DNA of 56,053 bases from an uncultured Thermoprotei archaeon (GTDB lineage: Archaea; Thermoproteota; Thermoprotei; Thermofilales; B15-G2), in NCBI GenBank assembly GCA_965367815.1, contig CBDUKN010000019.1, forward strand, positions 1 through 56,053, given 5' to 3'. Positions 39,745 to 50,560 of this stretch are shown piece after piece; within the stretch, counting starts at the first letter, position 1; the number at the start of each line of letters is the position of its first letter. Under the pieces are notes generated by a model. The model made no database searches, was not told the origin of the DNA, and worked only from the letters and a program-made list of their open reading frames with translations. The translations under genes were made by a program, and so were the position numbers.

Positions 39745-40515
39745 ATGCAAAGCCTGAACCCGACTTTAGTTGTAGAGTATTTAATCTGGCAAAGTATAAT
39801 ATATTTTCCTTTCAAATTAAGATTTATGGGCTATTGCTTAAAAATAATAGTACTAGTAGACAATGAGCCTGGCCCGCAGCTTTTTGGAGAATGGGGATTA
39901 AGCATGTACACAGAGAAAGAAAACGTGAAAATACTTTTTGACGCAGATACTAACCCGGCTATACTAGATCATAACGCTAAGAAACTAGAAGTAGACTTAA
40001 GTAAACTTGATTTCGCGGTACTCAGCCATTATCACTACGATCACTCAAACGGCTTTAGGCTTGTAGGAAAACTAAAGCACGGCCTACCAATATATGTTCC
40101 GCCAGGCCCTAGCTACCAGCTAGAAGAAATAGGCCTAAAGCCTATAGTAGTTAAAAAGACTACAGAAGTCTGTGAAGGAGTATACGTAGTGGGGCCTCTT
40201 GAAGCATGGGAAAACTTCTACGAAATAGCCTTAGCAATAAAAATAAAGGATAGAGGACTCGTTCTGCTTGTAGGCTGCAGCCACCCCGGGGTAGATAAAA
40301 TAGCTCTGAAGGCTCGTGAAGACTTAGGTATCAATGTATATCACGTAATCGGCGGATTCCACGGACCATCAAAAGAAATTCTAGATAATTTAGCAAAAAT
40401 AGCGACGTATATTTCGCCTTCACATTGCACTGGAAACACTGCTAAAAACTACTTGAATCAAAAGTATCCTGAAAAATATCGTGAAGTAAGAACAGGAACA
40501 GTGATAGAATATTAG
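39745..40515 (+). CDS. MBL-fold metallo-hydrolase (likely start 39826)
   Basis: LVDN, EWGLS, ILFD, SHYHYDHS, GCSHPG, GGFH and HCTG motifs. Confidence 0.88.
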   Translation: MQSLNPTLVVEYLIWQSIIYFPFKLRFMGYCLKIIVLVDNEPGPQLFGEWGLSMYTEKENVKILFDADTNPAILDHNAKKLEVDLSKLDFAVLSHYHYDHSNGFRLVGKLKHGLPIYVPPGPSYQLEEIGLKPIVVKKTTEVCEGVYVVGPLEAWENFYEIALAIKIKDRGLVLLVGCSHPGVDKIALKAREDLGINVYHVIGGFHGPSKEILDNLAKIATYISPSHCTGNTAKNYLNQKYPEKYREVRTGTVIEY

Positions 40516-40561
40516 GTAAATTGAAGTCAATATTTTATATTTCCTTAGGTACTTTTCTTCT

Positions 40562-41875
40562 GTGAGAAAACCTCGAGTAGGATTAATTTTCTCAGCTGTT
40601 CCATCTGAGCGTAGAACATGGCCTTACGTAGGATATAACTACAAGAAGAGAGCAGAAGAACTCGAGAAACTAGTTAAGGAAAATCTCCCTGAAATAGAGT
40701 TTGTAGCAAAATTAGTTCAAAGTAGAGAAGACGTAGAGAAAGCTTTAAAGGAAATAGGTGAGGTTGACGGCTACGTAGTATACTATATTGGCATATGGCT
40801 TGGAGCAACTGAAATAATACTAAAGAAAAATAAGCCGACTATACTTGTGGACGATCTATACGCAGGATCAGGAGAATTTCTACTAGAATATTCAAGAGCT
40901 AAAAAGAAGGGGTATCCTGTCCTAGGAGTTGCTGCATCTAATATAAAAGATATCGTTAAGTACATAAGACTTCTTGGTGTAGTCTATAAATTCAAGAGCT
41001 CGAAAATAGTAGTAATTACTGACCGAAAAATAAGCGACGAGTACAAGAGAATGCTTAAAGAAACCTACGGGTTAACATTAATACAGTATCTGTCAAGCGA
41101 CTTAAATAAAATATATGAAGAAACAAGCGATAAAGAAGCAGAGTACTGGAAAGAACAGTGGATTAGCGAAGCCGAGAGAGTACTTGAGGTAAGCGAAGAA
41201 GAGATTTTCAAATCTGCTAAAATGTACTTAGCACTTAAGAAAATTATTGAAAAGGAGAAGGCAGATGCTATTACAGTAGATTGTCTAACACTAGTTTACG
41301 GTGGAAAAATACCAGCTTATCCCTGTTTAGCTTTCTTCCAGCTTAATAACGAGGGATATGTAGCCACATGTGAAGCAGATATAGACTCTACAGCTACCAT
41401 GCTTCTTGTAAAATATTTGACTGAAAGACCAAGCTTCGTATCTGACCCCGTAGTAGACTTAAGCTCAGATCAAGTAATTTATGCTCACTGTGTAGCTCCA
41501 TCTAAAGTCTACGGGCCGGAAGGCCCCAGCGCCAAGTACATTCTGAGAACTCATGCTGAGGACAGGTCAGGAGCATCTATTCAAGTACTAATGCCTCTCG
41601 GAGAAAAAGTCACTACAGTTAAGCTGAATTTGAGGGAAAAAGCATTGAGTATTCACAGCGGCAGAATAGTGGCAAACGTTGAAGAAGAAAAAGCCTGTAG
41701 AACGAAAGTGGCTGTAGAAACAAACGCATACAGTATTCTAGAAAACTGGAATAGGAAAGTCGACTTCGGTTGGCATAGAGTAACTGTTGTCGGTGACTAC
41801 CGCAGAGAGTTCATTAGTGTTGCTAGACTACTTGGACTCAAAGTAATTGAAGAAGATAAAGAGCAGTACTTGTAG
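40562..41875 (+). CDS. L-fucose/L-arabinose isomerase-like protein
   Basis: DAITVDC, PCL, CEAD, YAHC and CRT motifs. Confidence 0.75.
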   Translation: MRKPRVGLIFSAVPSERRTWPYVGYNYKKRAEELEKLVKENLPEIEFVAKLVQSREDVEKALKEIGEVDGYVVYYIGIWLGATEIILKKNKPTILVDDLYAGSGEFLLEYSRAKKKGYPVLGVAASNIKDIVKYIRLLGVVYKFKSSKIVVITDRKISDEYKRMLKETYGLTLIQYLSSDLNKIYEETSDKEAEYWKEQWISEAERVLEVSEEEIFKSAKMYLALKKIIEKEKADAITVDCLTLVYGGKIPAYPCLAFFQLNNEGYVATCEADIDSTATMLLVKYLTERPSFVSDPVVDLSSDQVIYAHCVAPSKVYGPEGPSAKYILRTHAEDRSGASIQVLMPLGEKVTTVKLNLREKALSIHSGRIVANVEEEKACRTKVAVETNAYSILENWNRKVDFGWHRVTVVGDYRREFISVARLLGLKVIEEDKEQYL

Positions 41876-43765
41876 CACTAGGCCTCCAGTAAATCCTTTA
41901 ATTAGTTTTTCTAGAAATTTTATAATGTTCTCTATAATCGAGATAAGTACTCTAGGTATCTGAACTATTATATCCCATATCGACTGAAGAGGACTACTTG
42001 GCTTAGATGGCTGAGAAGGAGATTTCTTTGAAGGACTAGAGCTCCCACTGCTCTGTGTTACTGTACGTTTGTGTTTTTCTTTAATAAGCGAGAGAAGAGC
42101 CTTAGAGTACATTGAGGCAAGCTTATAGTAAAGTATTTTCCGGGCGTAGTTACTTGAGTACTCGGCGTACTCGAAGTACGCGTAGGCGAGAGCAGGGTCT
42201 ACGTAGCACTTTACTTCAGCAATAGACTTCAAGGCAAGTATCTTTGAGTAGTTTAAGTATTGGCTTAAAGCACCGCTAATTTGAATAGACATTAAGTTGA
42301 GGTCTGTAGTAGCATAGGCTACTGCTCTCAGCGCACGTTCGCATGTGAGTAAGTAGTGTTGATCCATGTAGGCGCTTCTAGCTAACTCAAATAAGGCTTC
42401 AGCTTCTGATAGGAAATCTGAGCCCGATGTAAGAGTCATAGCATAGGCTATTGCAGACTTAGCTTCGCTCAGCAAGAGAGCAGCCTGCTTTTCTAAGTCA
42501 AGTACGCTAATATTAGCTGAAAGAATCCCTGCAACTACTTCGGCGCACTTAATGTGAGCTCTAGCTTCACTCAACTTATATAAGAACTGCTGTAGTGTAC
42601 TGAGGAAAGGTATTTCTTCAAAAGACTTGTAATACTGGAAAGCCTTATCTAAAGCTCTCTGAGAATTCGTTACTTCCTGACAGAGTAGTAGCGCGTAAGG
42701 TATATCACTTGAGTAAACTCTGTCGGCTAGAGAAGAAAGCTCGCTTATTTTATTGCGAATAGAGTCTATAATTTTCTTTACGTCACTTACCTCTCTCTTA
42801 CTCCACTTTCCAGATATTTCATCGTAATACATTTTAATTAAAGCTGTTTTGAGAGTTAGGTAAGCCAAGTAGGGCTTATTATCTTTAATTAACTTTAATG
42901 CATCACTGATAATCTTATTGACCGCTTTTCTGGTACTATTACCTACTATTCCGGATTTTTCTTCAAGTAGTGCCTGTACTTCTGTTAGCACTTTCTCAGC
43001 GATACTTTCCATTTTACTCAAGTATTCTTTAGAAGGCTTTTCCTCGTATACAGTCTTTGGGAAAGTTTTACCTGTAAAGTACTCTATTGCTTGCTCCAAG
43101 TTCCATACTTCGACTACCTTAATACTCCATTTCTCGCGAGCTACTTCAGCTACATTAACTTTCTCTCTAACAACAGTCGAGAGTGTGAAGGGGCCTACTT
43201 TCCTAGTAACTATTTTCAGCTGATAGTCTACTGTCTGGCCCACTGGAACAAGAAATGTTTCAACGCCAATACTTGCCGCCGCCTCTATCTTCTCGAGTAT
43301 TCCGCCTACAGGTCCTATGCTTCCATCAGGAGCAATAAAGCCAGTCATAGAGACGTCTTTCCGTAGAGTCAAGTTAGCTAAAAGCGCGTAGATTGCCACA
43401 GCTACGTACGCTGAGGCAGAAGGTCCTCCAACAATTACTGCTGGCGACTTAATATAAATCAAGTAATCGTACTCAGAGAAAGGTATTCCTGCGAGCTCGT
43501 GAGCCACTTTAGCTGCCGTGTAAAGCGAAGCCTGCATATTTACTTCTGTTAGAGGCATTGTCGAGACATACACTCTACCCGAGCCAGGATGCAGAAGCGT
43601 TATAGTAATTTCGATAAGTACTCCTTTTTCACCTAAACTCGTTCTAGCTACGGCAGGAGCATATATCTTAACAGTTTTTGCTTCAAGATGCTGGTAAGGT
43701 GCAGCTTCACAGAGAGTAAACAAGAGTAATAATGTTAGGAGAACAACAGCTCTAGTTCTCATCAA
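41828..43765 (-). CDS. Secreted archaeal S16 (Lon-like, ATP-independent) serine protease
   Basis: Signal peptide, GPSAS catalytic Ser, MTG..PDGSIGPVGGILEK, and a Ser/Pro-rich linker near the C-terminus. Confidence 0.88.
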   Translation of the reverse strand: MMRTRAVVLLTLLLLFTLCEAAPYQHLEAKTVKIYAPAVARTSLGEKGVLIEITITLLHPGSGRVYVSTMPLTEVNMQASLYTAAKVAHELAGIPFSEYDYLIYIKSPAVIVGGPSASAYVAVAIYALLANLTLRKDVSMTGFIAPDGSIGPVGGILEKIEAAASIGVETFLVPVGQTVDYQLKIVTRKVGPFTLSTVVREKVNVAEVAREKWSIKVVEVWNLEQAIEYFTGKTFPKTVYEEKPSKEYLSKMESIAEKVLTEVQALLEEKSGIVGNSTRKAVNKIISDALKLIKDNKPYLAYLTLKTALIKMYYDEISGKWSKREVSDVKKIIDSIRNKISELSSLADRVYSSDIPYALLLCQEVTNSQRALDKAFQYYKSFEEIPFLSTLQQFLYKLSEARAHIKCAEVVAGILSANISVLDLEKQAALLLSEAKSAIAYAMTLTSGSDFLSEAEALFELARSAYMDQHYLLTCERALRAVAYATTDLNLMSIQISGALSQYLNYSKILALKSIAEVKCYVDPALAYAYFEYAEYSSNYARKILYYKLASMYSKALLSLIKEKHKRTVTQSSGSSSPSKKSPSQPSKPSSPLQSIWDIIVQIPRVLISIIENIIKFLEKLIKGFTGGLVLQVLLFIFFNYFESK

Positions 43766-43847
43766 CTATACTCACTGCTTGCCTAACTTAAGCTTTCCGG
43801 ACACAGAATACATGTTTAGCCACAAAAAGCAAAAGAATAGTAAAATA

Positions 43848-44717
43848 CTAAGTAGATCCACCTACTTTCACAATAGTACCCACATGAGCCTCCAAGTAGT
43901 GCTCAGAGTACTTTGATTCAAGAACCTCTCTAATAGTATCGCCGCTGCAGTGTATAGGAGCAATAAACTTTACGTTTCTCTTAAGCAGCTCTTCAGTAAC
44001 TTTAATGCAGGTATCCCTAGAGCAAGAAACCATATGAAATCCACCTATCACCAAATAGGGAGTACTCTTAATTTCCTTAACAGCCTTGTCAACAATACTA
44101 ACTACACCGGGGTGACTACAGCCAACAAGCACTACAAGGCCTTTTGCAGTATTTACTACAAGCGCTTGTTCCCAAGGAGGCCCATAAAGCTCACCTAAAA
44201 TAACAACACCTTTCGTTATAACAGTAGTCTCTTTTACTTCAATCAAAGTCAAGTTAAGGCTCTTAATCCAGTTCTTAGTAAAAGAATTCATTCCAGAAGG
44301 CACATAAACTCTACACCCTGGCTTAACTTTCGCTAAATAAGGCAGCCCACCTACATGATCACCGTGCTCGTGAGAAATAACAACAAAATCTACTTCACTT
44401 AAATCTATGCCCAAAACTCTACAATTATACTCGAGGACTTCAGGAGACGGACCGGTATCAAATAGTATAGTTATATTACTTGCCTTAACTAGCATTGAAA
44501 TACCCCAAGCAGGCTTAAGATTAGGCTTCAAGGGATTAGGATAATTATCCACCAGAACTATAATTTCCACTAAGTTAACGTAACTGCACTTAACTTCCGT
44601 GTACTTCATCTCCTGTTTCTGGCTAAACATGAAGTAAAATAAAGTAGCCGTCAGCAAAATTCCCAGCATTAAGATAGCTAGCTTTAAGCGCATGTTTCCC
44701 ACTAATAAGTTACTCAC
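43848..44717 (-). CDS. MBL-fold metallo-hydrolase with an N-terminal TM anchor (paralog of 39745..40515)
   Basis: LFDTG, SHEHGDHVGG, GCSHPG, GGFH and HCSG motifs. Confidence 0.9.
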   Translation of the reverse strand: MSNLLVGNMRLKLAILMLGILLTATLFYFMFSQKQEMKYTEVKCSYVNLVEIIVLVDNYPNPLKPNLKPAWGISMLVKASNITILFDTGPSPEVLEYNCRVLGIDLSEVDFVVISHEHGDHVGGLPYLAKVKPGCRVYVPSGMNSFTKNWIKSLNLTLIEVKETTVITKGVVILGELYGPPWEQALVVNTAKGLVVLVGCSHPGVVSIVDKAVKEIKSTPYLVIGGFHMVSCSRDTCIKVTEELLKRNVKFIAPIHCSGDTIREVLESKYSEHYLEAHVGTIVKVGGST

Positions 44718-44761
44718 TCCTGTATTAATGCTATTGTGTCTGCTGGATATGAAATTAAGTT

Positions 44762-45497
44762 TTATAGCTGTATGTTTAATAATGCTTGTTTGTTTATTTT
44801 TCTCCAGTAGTAGTTGAAAAAGGGATTTAGTATGAATCCTTTTTCAGTTATCTTGTCGTACCTATCTATTATTTTGTAAGCATAATCGAATGCAGTATTT
44901 GTTACTTCGAATAATTCTTTAAGAGATACTTCTCCTTTAACGTATTTGTCTCTAAGTTCTTTAGCTAGTTTTTCTAGTTTCTCTTCGAGTTCTTCTACTT
45001 CTTTCCTTATTTTTGGTGCATAGGTGCTGTATCGTGATAGTAGTTTGCGGTGAAGTTTTTCGTGTTTCCACCAGAGTGTCTTGGGATCGTATGTTCCTTT
45101 GGGCTTGCCTATGTTTGGTAGTCCTGCGGATATGAATACTGGCTTATATAGGCTTATGCAAGGTGTTGAGGTAGCTGTTACCCAAGATAATTATAGGTCT
45201 TCGTAGAGTAGGACTATTAGTGAGCCTGCTGTCTGCGAGGGTCTTGTTAAGCCGCCTGCGTGCATGCATATGTCTTTCATTGAGCCTCTGACTGGATCGT
45301 AGTTTGAACCTGTGTAGTGGCTTCTCATTATTTTCTTTATGTAAGCGAAGTCTATTTCGCCTATTTTTTCTTCGAGCATTCGTTGAGTATATTTTTGTCT
45401 TATTCTGCCTTTAGCGAAGAATATGTAGAATCGATCTGAAGCCCAGTATTTGCCAGCTGTTTCGAGAACCCATGCTTCCCGCGGATCAGCTATAATG
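44762..45497 (-). pseudogene. C69 dipeptidase/secernin-like pseudogene, 3' part
   Basis: MRSH, ICMHAG, SQTAGS, an in-frame TAA at 45191, then WVTATSTPCISLYKP...LWWKHEKLHR to TAA 44762. Confidence 0.85.
45361..45497 (+). repeat. Left copy of a direct duplication (internally deleted) of 47270-47553
   Basis: 45361-45439 matches 47270-47348 (79 bp, 1 mismatch); 45441-45497 matches 47497-47553 (57 bp identical). Confidence 0.95.
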
Positions 45498-45531
45498 CTT
45501 TCCTCAATATAGTATTTTTCAGCTTCTCTGA

Positions 45532-45891
45532 AAGACTGTTTGCCTTTTATGAGTGCGCACCACTCTGGTATGGTTGTGTTTGTGAGGTGTTTTGGGCTTA
45601 GGAGGCTCTGGTGCTTGTTTGGCTTTTAGAGGCTTTTTGAGTAATAGGAGTTCTGGCTCAGGCCTTTTCTTAAGCTTTAGCCCTTTTCTGATTGCTTCAC
45701 GGATTCTTTTAACGCCTCTTTTCTCTAGTTCTTTGGCGACTTGTCTCTGGGCTCTAGGCCTAGAGGAATAGAGATATATTGCTTCAAGTATTATGTTGTA
45801 TGGGGTTCGCTGTCTGTAGAATGGCTTATTTGCTGTCTTGTTCATAAGCTAGAGACAGCGAACTCCCACAAAACTTTAACCGTACAGTCTC
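45532..45891 (-). mobile_element. Internally deleted IS remnant, probably IS6/IS240-like
   Basis: ORF 45519..45845 reads FYRQRTPYNIILEAIYLYS...RQVAKEL...EAIRK, like an IS6-type transposase N-terminus; ends GAGACTGT.../AAGACTGT... are weak TIRs. Confidence 0.55.
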
Positions 45892-45934
45892 TAGCCAAAA
45901 GTAAAGCTTATATCTTTCTGATTAAATAAAAACT

Positions 45935-47260
45935 ATGGAGGAAAATGTGAAAAAATATTTGCCTATTATTCTGCTAATAACTCTATTGATATTAGGCTAC
46001 GTCTATATTAGTGCAAGTACAAGCAGTTATCCGAAAGGAGTAGAAAAAATAGTTCTACGCTTTGATCATCCAATAATAATAGAAACGTATTATTCTGAAA
46101 GCTGGGGTCCATGGCTCGATGAATTAACATTAGTTATTAAACTACTTAAACCTAGAATAGAAAAGGAACTACTATTTTACATTAGAGTATATAATTTAAC
46201 CGAAAATGGTGCAGTAAAAATAGCTGAAATATGTACTCTAAAGGATACTGCAACTATACAAATAAAAATGTGGAAAAAGCTCCTAAGAATAGATAAGAAA
46301 GAAGAAAAAATAACTAAACAAGTGAAAATACATGGAGTAACAGTAAATCAGACTATAGGCGAGAGGATAATATATCTCCCAGTTTTCCAGAAATACGGAA
46401 TATTCGTATATGCTATAGCATATGACGAAAACTTAAAGAAAATATATACTGCTTCGTGGAGCGCGAGTCTAGATCCATATTATAATAAAACAACCTATGT
46501 TTCACTACATATTAAGGTATTAGGTTCAAGATATGTTTACGGGGAAAATGTACCCGAGCCTGGGCAAACAAAAACAGAATATAAGACAGGGCCGAACATA
46601 TGCGCTATTAATATACCAGAATATGTAAAATACCTCTACAATATTCCAGTTGGAATGTCTGTTTACTGTAGCGTAAAGAAAAAGAGCTGGTATATGGTAG
46701 AGGGCGAGGATCCAACCGATCCTAATTCTCTATGGGAGGAAGAGGACTGGGAGAATTCGGGAACAACGATAGTCACTATAGATCATAGTGCATCTAGTGG
46801 TTGGACGAGTGGCCCAGTATCTCTAACTTGGTATGTACACAACGTGAAAGTGGTTCACTCTACAGTAGCTGAGACTACACCATTATATCACGTAATGCTA
46901 CTATCATACGCCGTTGACAGACCTAACGATGATAGAGTGAGTAGCAGAATAGGATTTCCTTCGGGCTCGAAGTCTCTCATAAATACTATTGCTAAAGGCG
47001 ATTCAGGTGAATATCCCTATGATTTTGCAACTGTTTACTATGTAAGAGTAGGTCCATTTACTATAACACTAGGAGCAATAATAGGCGGAGGTGCCAAAGT
47101 ATCTATATCAGGAAGTGTGTCGTTTGATATAAAAGTTGATAGAGGATACTTTAAGATAAAAGTACCTGATTGGAGTCAGGTACCATCTCAGTATAATTGC
47201 CTAAAAGTATATGAAGTTGGAGGCAAAAAGTCACAAATAAAAGCCGAATTCTCTGGTTAA
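45935..47260 (+). CDS. Secreted or membrane-anchored hypothetical protein
   Basis: 441 aa, KKY followed by a hydrophobic signal segment, beta-rich Ser/Thr/Gly C-terminal half; TTATAT box upstream. Confidence 0.75.
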   Translation: MEENVKKYLPIILLITLLILGYVYISASTSSYPKGVEKIVLRFDHPIIIETYYSESWGPWLDELTLVIKLLKPRIEKELLFYIRVYNLTENGAVKIAEICTLKDTATIQIKMWKKLLRIDKKEEKITKQVKIHGVTVNQTIGERIIYLPVFQKYGIFVYAIAYDENLKKIYTASWSASLDPYYNKTTYVSLHIKVLGSRYVYGENVPEPGQTKTEYKTGPNICAINIPEYVKYLYNIPVGMSVYCSVKKKSWYMVEGEDPTDPNSLWEEEDWENSGTTIVTIDHSASSGWTSGPVSLTWYVHNVKVVHSTVAETTPLYHVMLLSYAVDRPNDDRVSSRIGFPSGSKSLINTIAKGDSGEYPYDFATVYYVRVGPFTITLGAIIGGGAKVSISGSVSFDIKVDRGYFKIKVPDWSQVPSQYNCLKVYEVGGKKSQIKAEFSG

Positions 47261-47269
47261 ATTTTCCTT

Positions 47270-47995
<726 letters not shown>

Positions 47996-48028
47996 AAATA
48001 AGGGGGTAGAGAAACTAAAAATACTTTA

Positions 48029-49123
48029 TTAAATTGAAGTGAATTCTTTTACTTTTTCTTCATCTAGTCTCTTAATTATTTCGGCTATTAGTCTGACAGC
48101 GTTTTCTAAGTCGTCTCTGTGGAATACTCCTACGTGGCTGTGTATGTGGCGTGTCGGTACGCCTATGACTATGCTTGGTCTACCTTCTTTATATAAGTGG
48201 AGTCTGCCAGCATCTGTTCCTCCACCTGGTACTACTGAGAGCTGGTAAGGTATTTTGGCTTCTTCGGCTACTTGTATAACGAATTCTTTTAGCTTCTGGT
48301 TTGGTATCATTGAGGCATCGAAAGTAACTATACTTGGTCCTTTGCCTAGTTTAGTTGGGGCTTCTTGTGGCTTTATTCCGGGTACGTCTCCAGCGATATC
48401 TACTTCGACTATTATGGCTATGTCGTGTTCAGCTACCCAGCCTACTGTAGTAGCCCCTCTTAAGCCTACTTCTTCTTGTACAGTCGCGGCAGCATAGTAA
48501 GTGTTCGGGTGATCTATATTAGCTTCCTTAAGGTACCTTAATACTTCTACTGCTACGAAAGCGCCGAGTCTGTCGTCAAATGCTTTACCCATATATGTTT
48601 TGCCCTGGCTAGACTTCATGAAAGGTGACCAAGGCGCAATAGGGTCTCCTATCCTAATGCCCATTTCTTTTACTTCTTTCTCGCTTGTAGCGCCGACGTC
48701 TATGAACATATCTCTTATCTTGATTACTTTGTCTCTTTCTTCGGGTCTAAGTAAGTGTGGTGGCTTAGACGCAATAACACCTATTACTGGCCCCTTGTTG
48801 CCCATAATTACTACTCTTTGGCCTAATAGTACTTGGCTAAACCAGCCTCCGAGCGGGTGGAATGTAATGTAGCCTTCTTTAGTAATGCTAGTGGCTATGA
48901 ATCCTACTTCGTCTACGTGCCCGGCTACAAGTATTTTAGGAGACTCTTTTGAGCCCTTTTTAACGAATATAAAGGAACCCAGTTGGTCTCGCTTAATTTC
49001 GTCAGCATAGGGTTTAGCGTATTCATAGATTTTCCTGAGAACACGGGTCTCGAAGCCCGGTGGACCGAATTCTTCACATATCTCTTTCAGAAACTCTATT
49101 CGGGATTCGTCTAGTGTGTACAC
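48029..49123 (-). CDS. M42 family (TET) aminopeptidase
   Basis: AGHVDEVG, KAFDDRLG, TVQEEVGLRGA, GGGTDAG and RHIHS motifs. Confidence 0.95.
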   Translation of the reverse strand: MYTLDESRIEFLKEICEEFGPPGFETRVLRKIYEYAKPYADEIKRDQLGSFIFVKKGSKESPKILVAGHVDEVGFIATSITKEGYITFHPLGGWFSQVLLGQRVVIMGNKGPVIGVIASKPPHLLRPEERDKVIKIRDMFIDVGATSEKEVKEMGIRIGDPIAPWSPFMKSSQGKTYMGKAFDDRLGAFVAVEVLRYLKEANIDHPNTYYAAATVQEEVGLRGATTVGWVAEHDIAIIVEVDIAGDVPGIKPQEAPTKLGKGPSIVTFDASMIPNQKLKEFVIQVAEEAKIPYQLSVVPGGGTDAGRLHLYKEGRPSIVIGVPTRHIHSHVGVFHRDDLENAVRLIAEIIKRLDEEKVKEFTSI

Positions 49124-49214
49124 TTTTACATTTTTCTAATGAGGTTAAAATACTTACTGCTCTAATCATGGTAAAAGTTTATATGGGCGGCGAGCGAGAC
49201 TTTTCTTTGAGAAT

Positions 49215-50288
49215 ATGTTACTCCTGCCTGTATGGGGGATAGTTAGCGGACTAATAGCTATGCTTGCTAGCTTACTGATAGTAATCATTGTATCTACTAG
49301 AGCAGGCTCATTCCTCACTTGGAGACCTCGAAGCTTAGGAGGCCTCGCTGCAGGAATGATCTTTACTGCTATAGCGATTGTTGCAGCCTCAATGCTAGTA
49401 CTCTACTTTATAGCCGAATACTTTGGCCTAGGGCTGACACTTCTACACTACTCTCTCTTTATAGGGGCGTTTATGCTCATTCAGTGGCTTATCTCACCCT
49501 ATATAATCGAGCTATTTTACGGTGTTAGAGACGCAGACCCATATAGAGAGGGATGGCTAATAGAAAGTGTACACAGACTCGCCGAGAAAGCTGGAATAAA
49601 GCCACCTAAAGTCAAAATCGCTGAAATAGATATACCTAATGCTTTCGCCTACGGATCTCCTCTCAGCGGACCTAGAGTAGCTGTAACAAGAGGTCTTCTC
49701 GAAATAATGCCTAGAGAAGAAATAGAGGCTGTAATAGGCCACGAGCTAGGTCACTTAAAACACAGAGATGTCCAGACGCTCCTCTTAATAGCCTTCTTGC
49801 CCACTCTAATATATTATATAGGAAGAGTGTTAGTTGAAATAGGGTTCTGGGGAGGCTATGACAGAGACAGAGAGGAAGGAGGAGCAGGTGCACTAATGCT
49901 TGCTGGGCTAGTGGCACTGGTGGCTGGAGTAATTTTCCAGTTCATTGTAATGCACTTCAATAGACTTAGAGAATACTATGCCGACGCACACAGCGCACTC
50001 CTTTTGGGAACAGGTAGACCACTACAGAGAGCTCTAGCTAGATTAGATCTCGCTTATAAGCGTAGACCACGCTTCCTCAGACTACTTTCCAGAAACAGAA
50101 CTGCAGCTCTGCTCTTTATCTATGCATTCGCCGACGTATTCTATGACCCAATAGATGCTCACATAAGGAGATTAATGAGAGAAAAAGTGCCAGCAATAGT
50201 AGAGATTTTCTCAAGTCACCCACCAATACCAAAGCGCCTCCAGTTCCTAGAAGACCTTGAGGCAAGAGCTTTGAGCTCAAGCCCATAA
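49215..50288 (+). CDS. htpX: HtpX-like M48 membrane zinc protease
   Basis: PNAFAYG, HELGHLKHRD, RLREYYAD and FSSHPP motifs. Confidence 0.92.
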   Translation: MLLLPVWGIVSGLIAMLASLLIVIIVSTRAGSFLTWRPRSLGGLAAGMIFTAIAIVAASMLVLYFIAEYFGLGLTLLHYSLFIGAFMLIQWLISPYIIELFYGVRDADPYREGWLIESVHRLAEKAGIKPPKVKIAEIDIPNAFAYGSPLSGPRVAVTRGLLEIMPREEIEAVIGHELGHLKHRDVQTLLLIAFLPTLIYYIGRVLVEIGFWGGYDRDREEGGAGALMLAGLVALVAGVIFQFIVMHFNRLREYYADAHSALLLGTGRPLQRALARLDLAYKRRPRFLRLLSRNRTAALLFIYAFADVFYDPIDAHIRRLMREKVPAIVEIFSSHPPIPKRLQFLEDLEARALSSSP

Positions 50289-50515
50289 AAACTATCTTCT
50301 GTAGATTTTATTAAAAGTATTTTTATCGTATAGTAAAGTAGTATAGACAAAAATACCTTCATATTCTTAAACTTTAGTTATTTTATCTTTAAATCTACTA
50401 TAATAAGCTGTTAAAATAACTAATATATAGTGTAATGAAAATTGTTTAATTAAAATAATTCGCTTTATGTTCTCTTTAGACTAAGCCTCCAGGGAAGTAA
50501 GATATGTTTATATAG

Positions 50516-50560
50516 GGTAACCATAATTACCGTAACTGTGGTTACCGTAACCAGGGTTAT
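50516..50560. promoter_or_regulatory. Three tandem 15-bp quasi-palindromic units directly after a TATA box; candidate operator
   Basis: GGTAACCATAATTAC / CGTAACTGTGGTTAC / CGTAACCAGGGTTAT following TTTATATA at 50507-50514. Confidence 0.55.
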
